Origin: a virus
Taxonomy: Duplodnaviria > Caudoviricetes
IMG/VR virus record: IMGVR_UViG_3300016341_000017
Location: 1-25,305 of that record
Strand: one strand, 5' to 3'
Length of the DNA stretch: 25,305 bases
Shown: positions 24,573 through 25,305 of the stretch, piece by piece
How the letters are laid out: every line of letters begins with the position of its first letter
Numbering within the stretch: the stretch's first letter is position 1
The notes under the pieces: generated by a model
Seen by the model: the letters and a program-made list of their open reading frames with translations, nothing else
Database searches by the model: none
What the model was told of the DNA's origin: nothing
Position numbers and translations under genes: made by a program

Positions 24573-25218
24573 TTGCCACCTCTACGGATACTTTGTTGTT
24601 AGCGTGAAAAACTGCTCTTGCAAAACCGAGCGGCGTGGCACTACGGAAGTCAGCGCGATCTTCGGACGGTGGCGCAGCGTGGATTCGGTTGTCAGGCTCC
24701 TTGCCCTCAAGCTGAAACGCGATCGCTTGATCGGGCATGACGAAGCCGCCCCCTGTCCACAGGCAAGTCCTTTTCGTGTAGTGATCCGACAGCTCGTATT
24801 CCGTGTACTCCCACGGGTGGAAGGTATGGTCGGGTTTTCTCCAGTAGCTGCTGATCGTCGATACAGGGTTCTCGATCATGTACGGCGCGCCAGATGCCTC
24901 GCAGATCTCCGCGGCGACGGCGAACATTTCGATCGACTCAGCCAGAGCACGCAGTCCCTTTCCTTTGAACCAGCGGGCGCCGGAAACGGCCAAGTGCGTG
25001 CAGGGCGGGAAGGCGAAGACGAAAGCGATCTCTTCGGCCCGCGCCATGAAAGGCGCACCCTGCAACGCGTCCCACGGTTGGAATGTGATGTTCCCCTCCT
25101 GCCGCGCGCCATTGATGTCGTGCTGAATGTCGTAGCAAACGCACTGATACCCCGCTTCAGCCCACGGCCGTACTGCGTTCCCCGTCTTATCGAACAGGCT
25201 GACCACCGTTCTTTTCAT
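24565..25218 (-). CDS. Compact phage C5-cytosine DNA methyltransferase-like protein
   Basis: VVSLFDKTG (variant motif I), YDI (II), FPPCT (catalytic motif IV), IENP (VI), YTKRTCLW (variant VIII), RSATPLGFARA (X-like). Confidence 0.75.
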   Translation of the reverse strand: MKRTVVSLFDKTGNAVRPWAEAGYQCVCYDIQHDINGARQEGNITFQPWDALQGAPFMARAEEIAFVFAFPPCTHLAVSGARWFKGKGLRALAESIEMFAVAAEICEASGAPYMIENPVSTISSYWRKPDHTFHPWEYTEYELSDHYTKRTCLWTGGGFVMPDQAIAFQLEGKEPDNRIHAAPPSEDRADFRSATPLGFARAVFHANNKVSVEVASD

Positions 25219-25305
25219 TTCTCTCTCGCAACAGGTGTTTCGTCTGTCGAAGTGTTCAAACGGCGTCGATCATGCGCGAGAACAAATCGTGCGCGCTGAC
25301 TTGTA

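Noticed and set aside
25215-25305. 3' end of an upstream - strand gene
   Set aside because: Two frames are plausible (ending MIDAV* or VAREK*) and there is too little sequence to choose.
1-25305. tRNA, rRNA, CRISPR array, integrase/att site, IS element
   Set aside because: None recognisable; the window is almost fully tiled by phage CDSs, so lifestyle cannot be determined from it.

Overview
The whole window is one bacteriophage (or prophage) segment with P22-like podovirus architecture. The + strand (1-18044) is a late operon: P22 gp5-type coat protein (probably 5'-truncated), accessory genes including a clan GH-A glycoside hydrolase, gp4- and gp10-like tail proteins, small tail genes, a cupin, three ejection proteins (the last with a lytic transglycosylase domain), two beta-helix tailspike-like proteins and an atypical five-gene lysis block. 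It converges at a 20-bp palindrome with a - strand early/middle region (18085-25218): RecT, YqaJ exonuclease, VRR-NUC nuclease, SF2 helicase, HNH endonuclease, a compact C5 DNA methyltransferase and many small ORFs. No integrase, repressor, terminase, portal, RNA gene or CRISPR array is visible. A Burkholderiaceae-type host is only an impression from the protein families. The most notable signals are: (i) a dispersed 17-bp pseudo-palindrome (about RTTGAGAWWANCRCAAY) with six good copies, four at late-gene starts and one covering a promoter -35; (ii) a second tailspike-like protein and a small Cys-rich protein with apparent Sec signal peptides inside the virion operon; (iii) a 70-aa domain duplicated between the needle-position gene and tailspike 1. 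All calls are by-eye motif and synteny recognition; no searches were run.
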